NCBI GenBank assembly: GCA_963730395.1
Contig: CAVSSK010000004.1
Location: 194,110 to 258,109, forward strand
Length of the DNA: 64,000 nucleotides
Reading direction: 5' to 3'
From: an uncultured Acidimicrobiaceae bacterium
Lineage (GTDB): Bacteria; Actinomycetota; Acidimicrobiia; Acidimicrobiales; RAAP-2
Below the pieces are notes generated by a model. The model searched no databases. It saw only the letters and a program-made list of their open reading frames with translations, and had not been told where the DNA came from. Made by a program: the position numbers and the translations under genes. Shown here in pieces: positions 19,679-28,875 of the stretch; position 1 is the stretch's first letter; each line of letters starts with the position of its first letter.

Positions 19679-20700
19679 ACGGGCTCGAGGCAGAGACGGC
19701 CGCGCTGCGCCGGGGGGCCGGTGCGTTCCGCCCGGCCCGCGACGTGCTGGCGGTGCGCGGGCCCGAGGCCGAGCCGTACCTCCAGGGCCAGCTGAGCCAG
19801 GACGTGAGCGCCCTGGCGGTGGGCGCGTCGTCGGACTCGCTCCTGCTCGAGCCCGACGGGAAGCTGTCCGCCCTCCTGCGGGTCACCCGGACCGACGCCC
19901 AGGGCTACGTGCTCGACGTCGACGGGGGCTACGGCGAGGCGGTGCTGGCCCGGCTCCGCCGGTTCGTGCTGCGCTCCAAGGTGCAGATGGAGCCGCTGGC
20001 GTGGCGCTGCCTCTCCCTGCGCGGTGCGGCGGTGGGGGAGGCTGCGGCGGGGCTGCTGGCCGCGCTGGCCGAACGAGGGGTGCTGGCCCTGCCCTTCGAG
20101 TGGAACGGTTGGCCGGGGACGGACCTGCTGGGCCCCGAGGACGTGGTGCTCGGGCCGGAGGAGGCGGGCCTCCCCGCCGGCGTCGTGACCTGTGGGCCCG
20201 AGGCGGTCGAGGCCTGCCGCATCGTCTCGGGCGTCCCCGCCATGGGCACCGAGCTGACGGGCAAGACCATCGCGGCCGAAGCCGGGCTCGTCGAACGGAC
20301 CGTGAGCTTCACCAAGGGCTGCTACACCGGGCAGGAGCTCGTGGCGCGGATCGACTCCAGAGGCTCCAACGTGGCGAGGCGCCTGGTCGGCATCGTGGCG
20401 GCCGGCGACCCGCCGGCCGAGGACGGTGGTGGCGGTGGGACGGCGTTGCTCGCCCGGGGCATGACGCTGCACGGCGGCGAGACGCCGCCGGGCGACGGCG
20501 CGGCGGACGACAAGGTGGTCGGCACCGTCACCTCGGCGGCTTGGAGCGTCGAGCTCGGCGCCTGGGTGGCGCTCGGGTACCTGCACCGCACCGTGGAGGC
20601 CCCCGGCCCGGTCCGCGTGCGCTCGGGCGACGGTCTGGGCGGGTCGTGGCCGGCCCGGGCCGAGCAGCTGCCGCTGGGCGGGGTGGCCGGGGACCGCTGA
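19675..20700 (+). CDS. YgfZ/GcvT-like folate-binding protein
   Basis: ...VSFTKGCYTGQELVARIDSRGSNVARRLVG... is the YgfZ signature. The GTG at 19675 overlaps the trpE stop. Confidence 0.6.
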   Translation: MNGLEAETAALRRGAGAFRPARDVLAVRGPEAEPYLQGQLSQDVSALAVGASSDSLLLEPDGKLSALLRVTRTDAQGYVLDVDGGYGEAVLARLRRFVLRSKVQMEPLAWRCLSLRGAAVGEAAAGLLAALAERGVLALPFEWNGWPGTDLLGPEDVVLGPEEAGLPAGVVTCGPEAVEACRIVSGVPAMGTELTGKTIAAEAGLVERTVSFTKGCYTGQELVARIDSRGSNVARRLVGIVAAGDPPAEDGGGGGTALLARGMTLHGGETPPGDGAADDKVVGTVTSAAWSVELGAWVALGYLHRTVEAPGPVRVRSGDGLGGSWPARAEQLPLGGVAGDR

Positions 20701-20715
20701 GGGGTCGTCCCGACC

Positions 20716-21177
20716 GTGGCCGAGACAGAGCGTCCAGGCCGCTGGCGCGCCGGCGTGCTGCCGGGCTCCGGCGCGGCCCTTGCGCTGGCGGCGGCGGCCA
20801 CCCGTCCGTTCACCTGGCCGGCGGACCTGCTGACCGCCCTCCCGATCGCCCTGCTGGCCGTGCTCGTCGTCGCCCGCTGGCCGCTGCGGCCGCGTCCGCG
20901 CCCGGCGGCGTCGCCGGCGCCGGGCCGCCATCCCTACCGGGCGTGGGTGGTGCTGCTCGGCGCGGCGGTGGCCTGGGAGCTCACCGAGTACCTCGCCCGG
21001 GGCAGCCGCGGCGAGCACCCGACCCTCAGCTCGATCTCCGACGCGCTCGATCGCCACTATCTGGCGAAGGCGCTCGTGTTCTTCGGCTGGCTCTGCCTGG
21101 GACTGGGCATCGTCCTCTGGGGGAGTCACGGCAGGGGTCGCCGCCTGCCCTCGAGCGAACGCGCCGAGCCGCTATGA
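20716..21177 (+). CDS. Membrane protein of the trp region (4 predicted TM helices)
   Basis: 153 aa with hydrophobic helices. Its position between trpE and trpC matches the conserved actinobacterial trp-region membrane protein. That family assignment is not verified. Confidence 0.5.
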   Translation: MAETERPGRWRAGVLPGSGAALALAAAATRPFTWPADLLTALPIALLAVLVVARWPLRPRPRPAASPAPGRHPYRAWVVLLGAAVAWELTEYLARGSRGEHPTLSSISDALDRHYLAKALVFFGWLCLGLGIVLWGSHGRGRRLPSSERAEPL

Positions 21178-21368
21178 GCTCCCTGTCCTACGCGGTGTGG
21201 GCCCTCCTCGGTGCCGCGGCACTCGGCCTGTGGGCCGGGTCCCATTCGTCGCGCGCCACGCCCGCCCGCCCCGCCGTGGTCCTCGAACGGCTGGCGACCG
21301 GGCCGTTGCTGCGGGTGGCCCTGGTGCTGGTGTGGATGTGGGCCGGGTGGCACCTGTTCGCCCGCTGA
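21174..21368 (+). CDS. Small (64 aa) two-TM membrane protein
   Basis: MSSLSYAVWALLGAAALGLW...LLRVALVLVWMWAGWHLFAR. ATGA overlap with the preceding gene. Confidence 0.45.
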   Translation: MSSLSYAVWALLGAAALGLWAGSHSSRATPARPAVVLERLATGPLLRVALVLVWMWAGWHLFAR

Positions 21369-21510
21369 ACCAGGGGAGCGATCACTGGCACTCGGGTTTG
21401 GAGGCGGCTGAACAGGGGAAATACGTGAATGACCCGCTGGGGGCAAGGCGCACCGCAACTGCAACCGGACGTCACCGAATCTGAGACAACGGAGGAGCAA
21501 ATTCACCCTC

Positions 21511-21675
21511 ATGAGGAACAGCGAGGTCTCGAGGCAGACGGAGGGGGCACGGAGCGTCGAGGCGCTGCCCGACCTCAATCCGTGGCGCGAGGTCGGCTGG
21601 ATCTTCAGGGACGGTGGGTGCATTGCCATCGAACGCCTTGGCGACGAGATCCGGTCACGGGTCTCGGCGGACTGA
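21511..21675 (+). CDS. Unlisted 54-aa ORF (below the track cutoff)
   Basis: My translation: MRNSEVSRQTEGARSVEALPDLNPWREVGWIFRDGGCIAIERLGDEIRSRVSAD*. GGAGGAG lies 13 nt upstream. Third codon positions are strongly G/C-biased. The stop overlaps the next ATG. Confidence 0.35.
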   Translation: MRNSEVSRQTEGARSVEALPDLNPWREVGWIFRDGGCIAIERLGDEIRSRVSAD

Positions 21676-21884
21676 TGGTCAAGGTCATCCAGGTCGCGGC
21701 GGACGGCACCGAGACGGCCGCCGTCGAGGTGGACGACTTCACGATCGAGGTCATCTACTCGGGCATCGCCGACATGCTGCGCAAGGCCGCCGCATCGAGC
21801 GAGGCTGCGGCGGCGCCCGGCAGCGAGCTGCCGCGTGCGGCGCGCCAGCGCCGCGAGAAGATCCTGAGCCGGATCCGCGACTGA
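21675..21884 (+). CDS. 69-aa hypothetical protein coupled to the 54-aa ORF
   Basis: MVKVIQVAADGTETAAVEVDDFTIEVIYSGIADMLRKAAASSEAAAAPGSELPRAARQRREKILSRIRD. The ATG at 21675 overlaps the upstream TGA. Confidence 0.35.
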   Translation: MVKVIQVAADGTETAAVEVDDFTIEVIYSGIADMLRKAAASSEAAAAPGSELPRAARQRREKILSRIRD

Positions 21885-21988
21885 CCCACCGGGCGGACCG
21901 GTCGGACGTGCCGATCGACCCGATGCCCATGCCCCTGACCAGGGCCATGGACCGTCGCCGAAAGAGCGCGCCGCTACGCTGAGGCGTC

Positions 21989-22777
21989 ATGCCCACCTAT
22001 CTGGCGGACATCCTCGCCTCCCACCGGGCCCGCGCTGCTGGTGACCACCGCCAGCTGGCCGATCTGGTCGAACGGGCTGCCGCCACGCCTCCGCCACGCG
22101 CGTTTGCCGGGGCACTGAAGGGCAACGGGCTCACGTGCATCGCCGAGATCAAGCGCCGCTCGCCGTCCAAGGGCGACCTCGACCCCGGGCTGCAGCCCGA
22201 CCTGGTGGCCAAGGAGTACGTCGCCGGGGGCGCCGCCTGCTTGTCGGTGCTGACCGACGCCGACTTCTTCGGGGGCGCGGCGGGCGACCTGGCGTCGGCC
22301 CGCCAGGCCTCGGGCCTGCCCGTGCTCCGCAAGGACTTCACCGTGCAAGAGGCCGACGTCGCCGACGCGCGCCTCATGGGCGCCGACGCCGTGCTCCTGA
22401 TCGTCGCCGCCCTCGACGACGAGGAGCTGCGACGGAGCGCCGCACTGGCGGAGGAGCTGGGTCTGGCGGCGCTCGTCGAGGTGCACGACCACGGCGAGCT
22501 CGAGCGCGCACTGGCTGCCGGAGCGCGGCTCGTCGGGGTCAACCAGCGGGACCTGCGCACCTTCGAGGTCGATCACGAGCGCGCCTGCGCGCTGGCGGCG
22601 CGCATCCCGCCCGAGGTGACGGCGGTCGCGGAGTCGGGCATCCGCGATGCCACCGACGCCCGCCGACTGGCCGACGCCGGTTACGACGCCATCCTGGTCG
22701 GCGAGACGCTGGTCCGGGCCGGTGACAGGGCGGCGCAGCTCCGCGAGCTGGTTGGTCATCCCGTCGGGACACGATGA
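21989..22777 (+). CDS. trpC: Indole-3-glycerol phosphate synthase
   Basis: ...CIAEIKRRSPSKG..., ...SVLTDADFFGG..., ...VLRKDF..., ...VNQRDLRTFEV... Confidence 0.95.
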   Translation: MPTYLADILASHRARAAGDHRQLADLVERAAATPPPRAFAGALKGNGLTCIAEIKRRSPSKGDLDPGLQPDLVAKEYVAGGAACLSVLTDADFFGGAAGDLASARQASGLPVLRKDFTVQEADVADARLMGADAVLLIVAALDDEELRRSAALAEELGLAALVEVHDHGELERALAAGARLVGVNQRDLRTFEVDHERACALAARIPPEVTAVAESGIRDATDARRLADAGYDAILVGETLVRAGDRAAQLRELVGHPVGTR

Positions 22778-23457
22778 CCGAAGAGCTCTTCGTCAAGATC
22801 TGCGGCATCACGTCGGAAGCCGACGCGCTCCTCGCCGTCAGCCTCGGGGCCTCTGCGGTGGGCTTCATCTTCGCTCCTTCCCCGCGGCAGGTCTCGGTGC
22901 ATCTCGCCGGCGACATCGCCAAGCGATTGCCCGAACACGTGCTGACGGTGGGCGTCTTCCGTGACGAGGCACCGCAGCGCATCGTGGAGGCGGTACGGGT
23001 GGCCGGGCTCGGGGCGGCGCAGCTCCACGGGCACGAGACCGCCGAGGAGACGCGGTGGGTGCGCGGCCGCGTACGCACGGTGATCAAGGCCTTCCGCGCC
23101 GGCGAGCGCGCCATCGGCCGCTTCGAGGAGTTCGGTGCGGACTACCTGCTCGTCGACGGCGAAAACCCGGGGTCGGGCGAGGTCTTCGACTGGCGGCTGG
23201 CGGAGGGGGTGGCGGACCACCACCGCCTCATCGTCTCGGGCGGGCTGCGGCCCGACAACGTCGCCCAGGCCGTGGCGAACCTGCGGCCCCACGGAGTGGA
23301 CGTGTCCACCGGAGTCGAGTCCGCGCCCGGGCGCAAGGATCCTCTGCTCGTGCGCGACTTCATCGTCAACGCGCGGCAGGCCGACGCCCAGGCGGTCGCC
23401 CGGCACGTCGTGGTCGACGCTGCGGCCGAGGAGCCCTACGACTGGAGGGACGAGTGA
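22774..23457 (+). CDS. trpF: Phosphoribosylanthranilate isomerase
   Basis: [38 protein letters not shown]...QLHG...[12 protein letters not shown] overlap with trpC. Confidence 0.85.
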   Translation: MTEELFVKICGITSEADALLAVSLGASAVGFIFAPSPRQVSVHLAGDIAKRLPEHVLTVGVFRDEAPQRIVEAVRVAGLGAAQLHGHETAEETRWVRGRVRTVIKAFRAGERAIGRFEEFGADYLLVDGENPGSGEVFDWRLAEGVADHHRLIVSGGLRPDNVAQAVANLRPHGVDVSTGVESAPGRKDPLLVRDFIVNARQADAQAVARHVVVDAAAEEPYDWRDE

Positions 23458-24647
23458 GCGCCGACGGCCTGATGGGGCGGCCGGGCCCCGACGGCCGCTT
23501 CGGCGAGTTCGGGGGCCGCTTCGTCCCCGAGTCCCTGATGCCGGCGTGCCTGGAGCTCGAGAAGTGGTTCGACGACGCCTGGGCGGACCCGGCCTTCCGC
23601 TCCGAGCTCGACGAGTTGCTGCGCCACTACGGCGGCCGCCCGACGCCCGTGACCGAATGTGCGCGTCTGTCGGGACAGCTCGGAGTGCGCGTGCTGCTCA
23701 AGCGTGAGGACCTCGCTCACACGGGCTCGCACAAGCTGAACAACGTCGTGGGCCAGGCCCTCCTCACCCAGCGGATGGGCAAGTCGCGCGTGATCGCCGA
23801 GACGGGCGCGGGCCAGCACGGGGTGGCCACGGCCACTGCCGCCGCCCTCTTCGGACTCGAGTGCACGGTGTTCATGGGCGAGGTCGACACCAAGCGCCAG
23901 GAGCTCAACGTCTTCCGCATGGAATTGCTGGGGGCAGAGGTCCGTGCCGTCACCTCGGGCAGCCGCACGCTGAAGGACGCCGTCAACGAGGCCATGCGGG
24001 AGTGGGTGTCGACCGTGGAGACGACGCACTACTGCCTCGGGTCCGTGATGGGCCCACACCCGTTCCCCTACATGGTGCGCCAGTTGCAGCGCGTCGTCGG
24101 GGACGAGGCGCGTGAGCAGTGCCGCCGCGTGCTCGAGGGCGCCGATCCCGACGTGGTGGTCGCCTGCATCGGGGGCGGGTCCAACGCGGCGGGGACCTTC
24201 GCCGGCTTCGTCGACACGCAGGCCCGGCTCGTCGGCGTGGAGGCGGCCGGCGGTGCCGCCATCACCAATGGCATCCCGGGGGTGCTCCACGGCATGCACT
24301 CCCGCCTGCTCCAGGACGAGGTGGGCCAGATCCAGGAGGCGGAGTCCATCTCGGCCGGGCTGGACTACCCCGGGCTGGGCCCCGAGCACGCGCACCTGGC
24401 GGCTGTCGGGCGCGCCGAGTACTCGACGGCCGGGGACGCCGAGGTGCTCGAGGCGTTCCGGCTGCTGAGCCACACCGAGGGCATCATCCCCGCGCTCGAG
24501 TCGGCGCACGCCGTGGCCTGGGTGGTGCGCAGCGCCGGCACCGACGCGCTGCCGGCTGGTTCGACGGTCCTGATCACCCTGTCGGGGCGGGGCGACAAGG
24601 ACGTGGCGCAGGTGCGCGAGATCTTCGGCCGCGAGCACCGTGCCTGA
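23454..24647 (+). CDS. trpB: Tryptophan synthase beta chain
   Basis: ...[18 protein letters not shown]..., ...[16 protein letters not shown]..., ...GGGSNAAG... The GTG at 23454 overlaps the trpF stop. Confidence 0.95.
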   Translation: MSADGLMGRPGPDGRFGEFGGRFVPESLMPACLELEKWFDDAWADPAFRSELDELLRHYGGRPTPVTECARLSGQLGVRVLLKREDLAHTGSHKLNNVVGQALLTQRMGKSRVIAETGAGQHGVATATAAALFGLECTVFMGEVDTKRQELNVFRMELLGAEVRAVTSGSRTLKDAVNEAMREWVSTVETTHYCLGSVMGPHPFPYMVRQLQRVVGDEAREQCRRVLEGADPDVVVACIGGGSNAAGTFAGFVDTQARLVGVEAAGGAAITNGIPGVLHGMHSRLLQDEVGQIQEAESISAGLDYPGLGPEHAHLAAVGRAEYSTAGDAEVLEAFRLLSHTEGIIPALESAHAVAWVVRSAGTDALPAGSTVLITLSGRGDKDVAQVREIFGREHRA

Positions 24648-25410
24648 CCTGGAGAAGGAGCTCCGCGCCAAGCGGGAGCGTGGCCGCAAGCTGCTGATCC
24701 CGTACCTCATGGGCGGGATGACCGAGGACTGGGCCCAGTCCCTGGCGGCCGTCGTGGCGGCAGGGGCCGACGCGGTCGAGGTCGGCATCCCGTTCTCGGA
24801 CCCGATGATGGACGGCCCCGTGATCCAGGAGGCGGCGCTGCGCGCCCTCACCAGGGGCACCGTGCCCCAGGAGGTGCTCGACGGCATCGCCCGTGCGGAG
24901 GCCCCGGTCCCGGTGGCGGTGATGACGTACTACAACATCGTGTACCGGGCCGGGCACAAGCGCATGGCCCGCTCCCTGGCCGCCGCCGGCGTGAGCGGGG
25001 CCATCATCCCCGACCTCCCCATTGAGGAGATCGCACCCTGGGCCGCCGAGGCGGACGCGGCGGGCATCGACACCGTGCTGTTGGTGGCCCCCTCCAGCCC
25101 GCCCGACCGGGTGGAGCGGATCTGCGCCCGGGCGCGCGGCTTCGTCTACGCGGTGGCGCGCATGAGCGTGACCGGCGAGCGGGGCGACGTGGGCACCGAT
25201 GTGGCGAACGTCGTGGCGCGCATCCGGAGCTGCACGGACATGCCGGTGTGCGTCGGAGTCGGCGTGTCGACGCCCGCGCAGGCCGCCGAGCTGTGCCAGG
25301 TGGCCGACGGGGTGATCGTCGGATCGGCGCTGGTGCGTCGGCTGCTCGAGGGCGAGGGCCCCGACGGCGCCGCTGCGTTCGTCGGGTCGCTCCGGGAGGC
25401 GATCGACTAG
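24640..25410 (+). CDS. trpA: Tryptophan synthase alpha chain
   Basis: ...LIPYLMGG..., ...[18 protein letters not shown]..., ...[13 protein letters not shown]... 8-nt overlap with trpB. Confidence 0.95.
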   Translation: MPDLEKELRAKRERGRKLLIPYLMGGMTEDWAQSLAAVVAAGADAVEVGIPFSDPMMDGPVIQEAALRALTRGTVPQEVLDGIARAEAPVPVAVMTYYNIVYRAGHKRMARSLAAAGVSGAIIPDLPIEEIAPWAAEADAAGIDTVLLVAPSSPPDRVERICARARGFVYAVARMSVTGERGDVGTDVANVVARIRSCTDMPVCVGVGVSTPAQAAELCQVADGVIVGSALVRRLLEGEGPDGAAAFVGSLREAID

Positions 25411-26621
25411 GGCGAGGTCCGGCTGCGCAGCTGCTGCGCCGCGACGGCAGCGATGGCGCGCTGCCCGGCGGCGGTCGGGTGCGCGGCGCGCCACACGTAG
25501 TCCTGCAGGCTCTTCTCGGCCCGAGCGGCCCTCGCCACGAGCGACGCGCAGGCAGACGACGTATGGAGCGCATCGGTGCCGGTGCAGGCCTTGGCCGCGA
25601 GGACGTCGGCGGCGTCCTCCGCCAGGGTGGCGTCGGGCACCGGCTCGCCCGAGAAGATCCACGGGTCAGAGGTGCAGACCCCGTGCCCGTCCACCGCGGC
25701 CGTGATGTCGACCAGGGTGACGTTGGTGACGTGGTGGGCGCGCGCGTCGGCCACGGCGCCGGCGATCGCCTTGTTCAGCGCGCCCAGCACGACCTGCGCC
25801 GCGGCATAGGTGGTGGCCGCGTTGGCCTTGAGCCCGGTACAGACGAGGTTCGTGTGCAGGTTCGACGCGAACGTGTCGTCGGCGATCTGGGAGGGTCGCG
25901 GAATGGGTTGGTAGTAGTCCAGCACGGCGATGGTGCCGGCGTGGGGCGCCATCGTCTCGATGGCCTGGGCCAGGCTCGTGCGGACGTGAGCGAGCACCGA
26001 CGTCAGGGTGGGGGTGACCGCCCCGTCGGCCACGCAGCGCGTCCCGATGCCGAGGTTCGTCCCGAGCGCCTGGGCCAGCTCGTACTCGAGGCAGCGGGCG
26101 AAGTCGATGTCGTCGGCCCCGTCCTGGAGCAGGACGAGCCGGGCCGGATGCCGGGCCAGGTCCGCCGCCGCCACCTCGTCGCTCAAGTTGCGGGCCTGCT
26201 GGGGCGGGACGGGGCACTGGCCGTCGCGCGCGGTGTTGTCCGCCCCGTCGGCGACGGCCCCGCTGATGGAGAGCTGATCACCGGTGAGCCGGCAGTTGGT
26301 GGGGCGCACGGTCATGGTCAGACCGAGGTCCCCTGCGACCAGCGTGGGGTAGGCCGACGTGGAGGGGCCCTGTGACACGGCGTCGGCCGGCAGGCCCACC
26401 TGCGGCGTCAGGTAGGGATTGTGGAGCCCGTGACCGTAGGGCACGGAGTCGCCGAGGGAGACGGCGCGCGTCGACGTGGCCGGCGACGGGGCGGGGGGCG
26501 GGGTGCTGCGGGTGGCCAGCACGACGCCCCCGGCGACCAGGGCCAGGACCACCACGGTGGACACAGCCCAGAACACGGGCGAGCGCCGCGCCGCGGCGCC
26601 CCACGTCTGCAGCCTTCCCAT
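25407..26621 (-). CDS. Membrane-anchored/secreted SGNH (GDSL-like) hydrolase
   Basis: N-terminal TM anchor, then block I ...AVSLGDSVPYGHG... The stop overlaps the trpA stop in the palindrome CTAG. Confidence 0.6.
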   Translation of the reverse strand: MGRLQTWGAAARRSPVFWAVSTVVVLALVAGGVVLATRSTPPPAPSPATSTRAVSLGDSVPYGHGLHNPYLTPQVGLPADAVSQGPSTSAYPTLVAGDLGLTMTVRPTNCRLTGDQLSISGAVADGADNTARDGQCPVPPQQARNLSDEVAAADLARHPARLVLLQDGADDIDFARCLEYELAQALGTNLGIGTRCVADGAVTPTLTSVLAHVRTSLAQAIETMAPHAGTIAVLDYYQPIPRPSQIADDTFASNLHTNLVCTGLKANAATTYAAAQVVLGALNKAIAGAVADARAHHVTNVTLVDITAAVDGHGVCTSDPWIFSGEPVPDATLAEDAADVLAAKACTGTDALHTSSACASLVARAARAEKSLQDYVWRAAHPTAAGQRAIAAVAAQQLRSRTSP

Positions 26622-26680
26622 GGACGGACCTCACGAGTCGCTGCCGGGCGGCAGCGGAGGTGCGACCTTACCGGCTGGGG

Positions 26681-27877
26681 TCAGCCAGGAGGCAGCAGGA
26701 CCAGGCAGCCGTTGTGCCCGCCGAAGCCGAAGGAATTGGAGAGGACGGCGGTCGGCTCCCAGCGCGTGGGCTCTCCGTGCACGACGCGGATCGTGATCTC
26801 GGGGTCGGGCACCTCGTAGCCGGCGGTCGGCGGGATCGTCGCGTGATGGATGGTGAGCACGCTCGCCACGGCCTCGATTGCGCCCGCCGCCGCCAGCCCG
26901 TGACCGGTGACCCCCTTGGTCGACGTGACCAGTGGCCCCGGCTCACCGAAGACCTTGGTGATCGCCCGGGCCTCGGCCAGGTCGTTCAGGGGAGTCGAGG
27001 TGCCGTGGGCGTTGATGTGCCCGACGTCGGAGGGCGCGATGTCGGCATCGGCCAGTGCGAGCTCCATGCAGGCCACCGCACCCGAGCCGTCGGGCGAGGG
27101 GGCGGTGATGTGGTGTGCGTCGGCGGTGCTCGCCGCCCCCGCCACCTCCGCGTAGATGGTGGCTCCCCGCGCCACGGCGCGGTCCCAGTCCTCGAGGACG
27201 AGTGCCGCCGCGCCCTCCGTCATGACGAACCCGTCGCGCCGGGCGTCGAAGGGGCGCGAGTGGCCCGACGTGGACAGCGCCGTCATGTTGGCGAAGGCAG
27301 ACAGTGCGACGGGGACCATGCTGGCCTCGGACCCACCGCCGATGGCCGCGTCGCAACGGCCGGTCGCGACGAGGCGGGCCGCGGCAGCGATGGCGTGCGT
27401 GCCCGCCGCGCAGGCCGTGCAGATCACCTCCGACGGGCCGCGCCAGCCGAGCCGCATGGAGATCCCGGCTGCGCCGGCGTTGGCCATCATCATCGGCACC
27501 AGCCGCGGGGAGACGCGGTCGCCACCCTTCGCGTTGAAGACGCCGACCTGATCGGCCAGCGTCTCGAGACCGCCGACACCGGTGGCGAACACGACGCCCG
27601 CCTTGGCCGGGTCGACGGCGAGGTCACCGGCGCCCTGGACGGCCATGTCGGCCGAGACCATGGAGAGCTGGGCGAAGCGGTCGAGCTGGCGCACCTCCTT
27701 CGGGCCGAAGAAGTCCTGGGGCTCGTAGCCCTGCACCACTCCGCCGGTGACCGAGGGGCGCAGGAGGCCCTCCCAGAGGGCGTCCACGCCGACCCCGCAG
27801 CACGTGATCGCCCCGAGGCCGGTGACGGCGACCCGCCGCCCCCGGATCGGGCCTTGGGCGCCGATCCCGACCTGCAT
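26681..27877 (-). CDS. fabF: 3-oxoacyl-ACP synthase II
   Basis: ...VAVTGLGAITCCG..., active-site ...TACAAGTHAI..., ...INAHGTSTPLND..., ...NSFGFGGHN... The ATG at 27877 overlaps the acpP stop. Confidence 0.9.
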   Translation of the reverse strand: MQVGIGAQGPIRGRRVAVTGLGAITCCGVGVDALWEGLLRPSVTGGVVQGYEPQDFFGPKEVRQLDRFAQLSMVSADMAVQGAGDLAVDPAKAGVVFATGVGGLETLADQVGVFNAKGGDRVSPRLVPMMMANAGAAGISMRLGWRGPSEVICTACAAGTHAIAAAARLVATGRCDAAIGGGSEASMVPVALSAFANMTALSTSGHSRPFDARRDGFVMTEGAAALVLEDWDRAVARGATIYAEVAGAASTADAHHITAPSPDGSGAVACMELALADADIAPSDVGHINAHGTSTPLNDLAEARAITKVFGEPGPLVTSTKGVTGHGLAAAGAIEAVASVLTIHHATIPPTAGYEVPDPEITIRVVHGEPTRWEPTAVLSNSFGFGGHNGCLVLLPPG

Positions 27878-28116
27878 CAGAGCTTGGACGAGATCAGGTC
27901 GAAGGCCTGTCCGACCGTGGTGATGTCCTCGAGCTCGGTCTCCTCGACGGTGACGTCGAAGGCCTCCTCGAGCGCCATGACCAGCTCGACGAGGTCCAAG
28001 CTGTCGGCGTCGAGGTCGTCGGCGAACTTGGCTTCCTTGGTGATCTTCTCGGCCGGCACCTGCAATACCTCCACGGCGCACTCGCGAAACTTCTCGAACG
28101 CTGCGTCGCTGTCCAC
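27877..28116 (-). CDS. acpP: Acyl carrier protein
   Basis: 79 aa with the phosphopantetheine site ...LDADSLDLVELVMALEE... Confidence 0.9.
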   Translation of the reverse strand: MDSDAAFEKFRECAVEVLQVPAEKITKEAKFADDLDADSLDLVELVMALEEAFDVTVEETELEDITTVGQAFDLISSKL

Positions 28117-28149
28117 AGTCAGCTCCTTGTCTGTCGGTTCCCCAGCACG

Positions 28150-28875
28150 CTACAGGCCCATGCCCAGCCCACCGTCGACCGGCACCACGGCCCCGGTCAC
28201 GTAGGCGGCGGAGTCGGAGGCCAGGAAGCCGACCACGGCCGCCACGTCCCCGGGACGACCGGCTCGTCCCAGCGGCACCTGCCCGGTCATCACGGCGACC
28301 CGTTCGGCGCCCAGGGCGGTGGTCATATCGGTGTCGATGAGGCCCGGGGCGACCACGTTCACGGTGATCTGGCGGCTGCCCACCTCCCGGGCGATGGCCC
28401 GGGCCATGCCGACGAGGCCGGCCTTCGAGGCGGCGTAGTTGGCCTGCCCCGGGAGCCCCACGAAGGCGCCCACCGAGGACACGAAGATGATGCGCCCGGC
28501 GTGGAGCCGCAGCATCTTGGCCACGGCGCGCTTGGCGACCCGGAACGAGCCGGTCAAGTTGGCGTCGATGACGTCGAGGAAGGCCTGGTCGCTCATGCGC
28601 AGCATCAGCGAGTCCATGGTGATGCCGGCGTTGGCGACGAGCACCTCGACCGGGCCCCACCGCTCCTCGATCGCCGCGAAGGCAGCACCCACCTCGTCGG
28701 AGCTCCGCACGTCGCAGCGCACGGCCATGAAGCGCTCGGGGTCAGAGCCCTCGGGCGGGGGAGGGGCATCGTCCGAGCGGAACGTGGTGGCGACCCGGTC
28801 GCCGTTGGCCAGGAACCACGCGACGCAGGCGGCGCCGATGCCACGCGTGCCCCCGGTGACGAGAACGACGGCCAT
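28150..28875 (-). CDS. fabG: 3-oxoacyl-ACP reductase (SDR)
   Basis: ...VLVTGGTRGIG..., ...NAGI..., ...YAASKAG... The ATG overlaps the fabD stop (ATGA). Confidence 0.85.
   Translation of the reverse strand: MAVVLVTGGTRGIGAACVAWFLANGDRVATTFRSDDAPPPPEGSDPERFMAVRCDVRSSDEVGAAFAAIEERWGPVEVLVANAGITMDSLMLRMSDQAFLDVIDANLTGSFRVAKRAVAKMLRLHAGRIIFVSSVGAFVGLPGQANYAASKAGLVGMARAIAREVGSRQITVNVVAPGLIDTDMTTALGAERVAVMTGQVPLGRAGRPGDVAAVVGFLASDSAAYVTGAVVPVDGGLGMGL

Noticed and set aside
25407-25410. trpA and the convergent SGNH gene share overlapping stop codons in the palindrome CTAG
   Set aside because: The overlap is real in the sequence but is probably just compact gene packing. It has no evident regulatory meaning.
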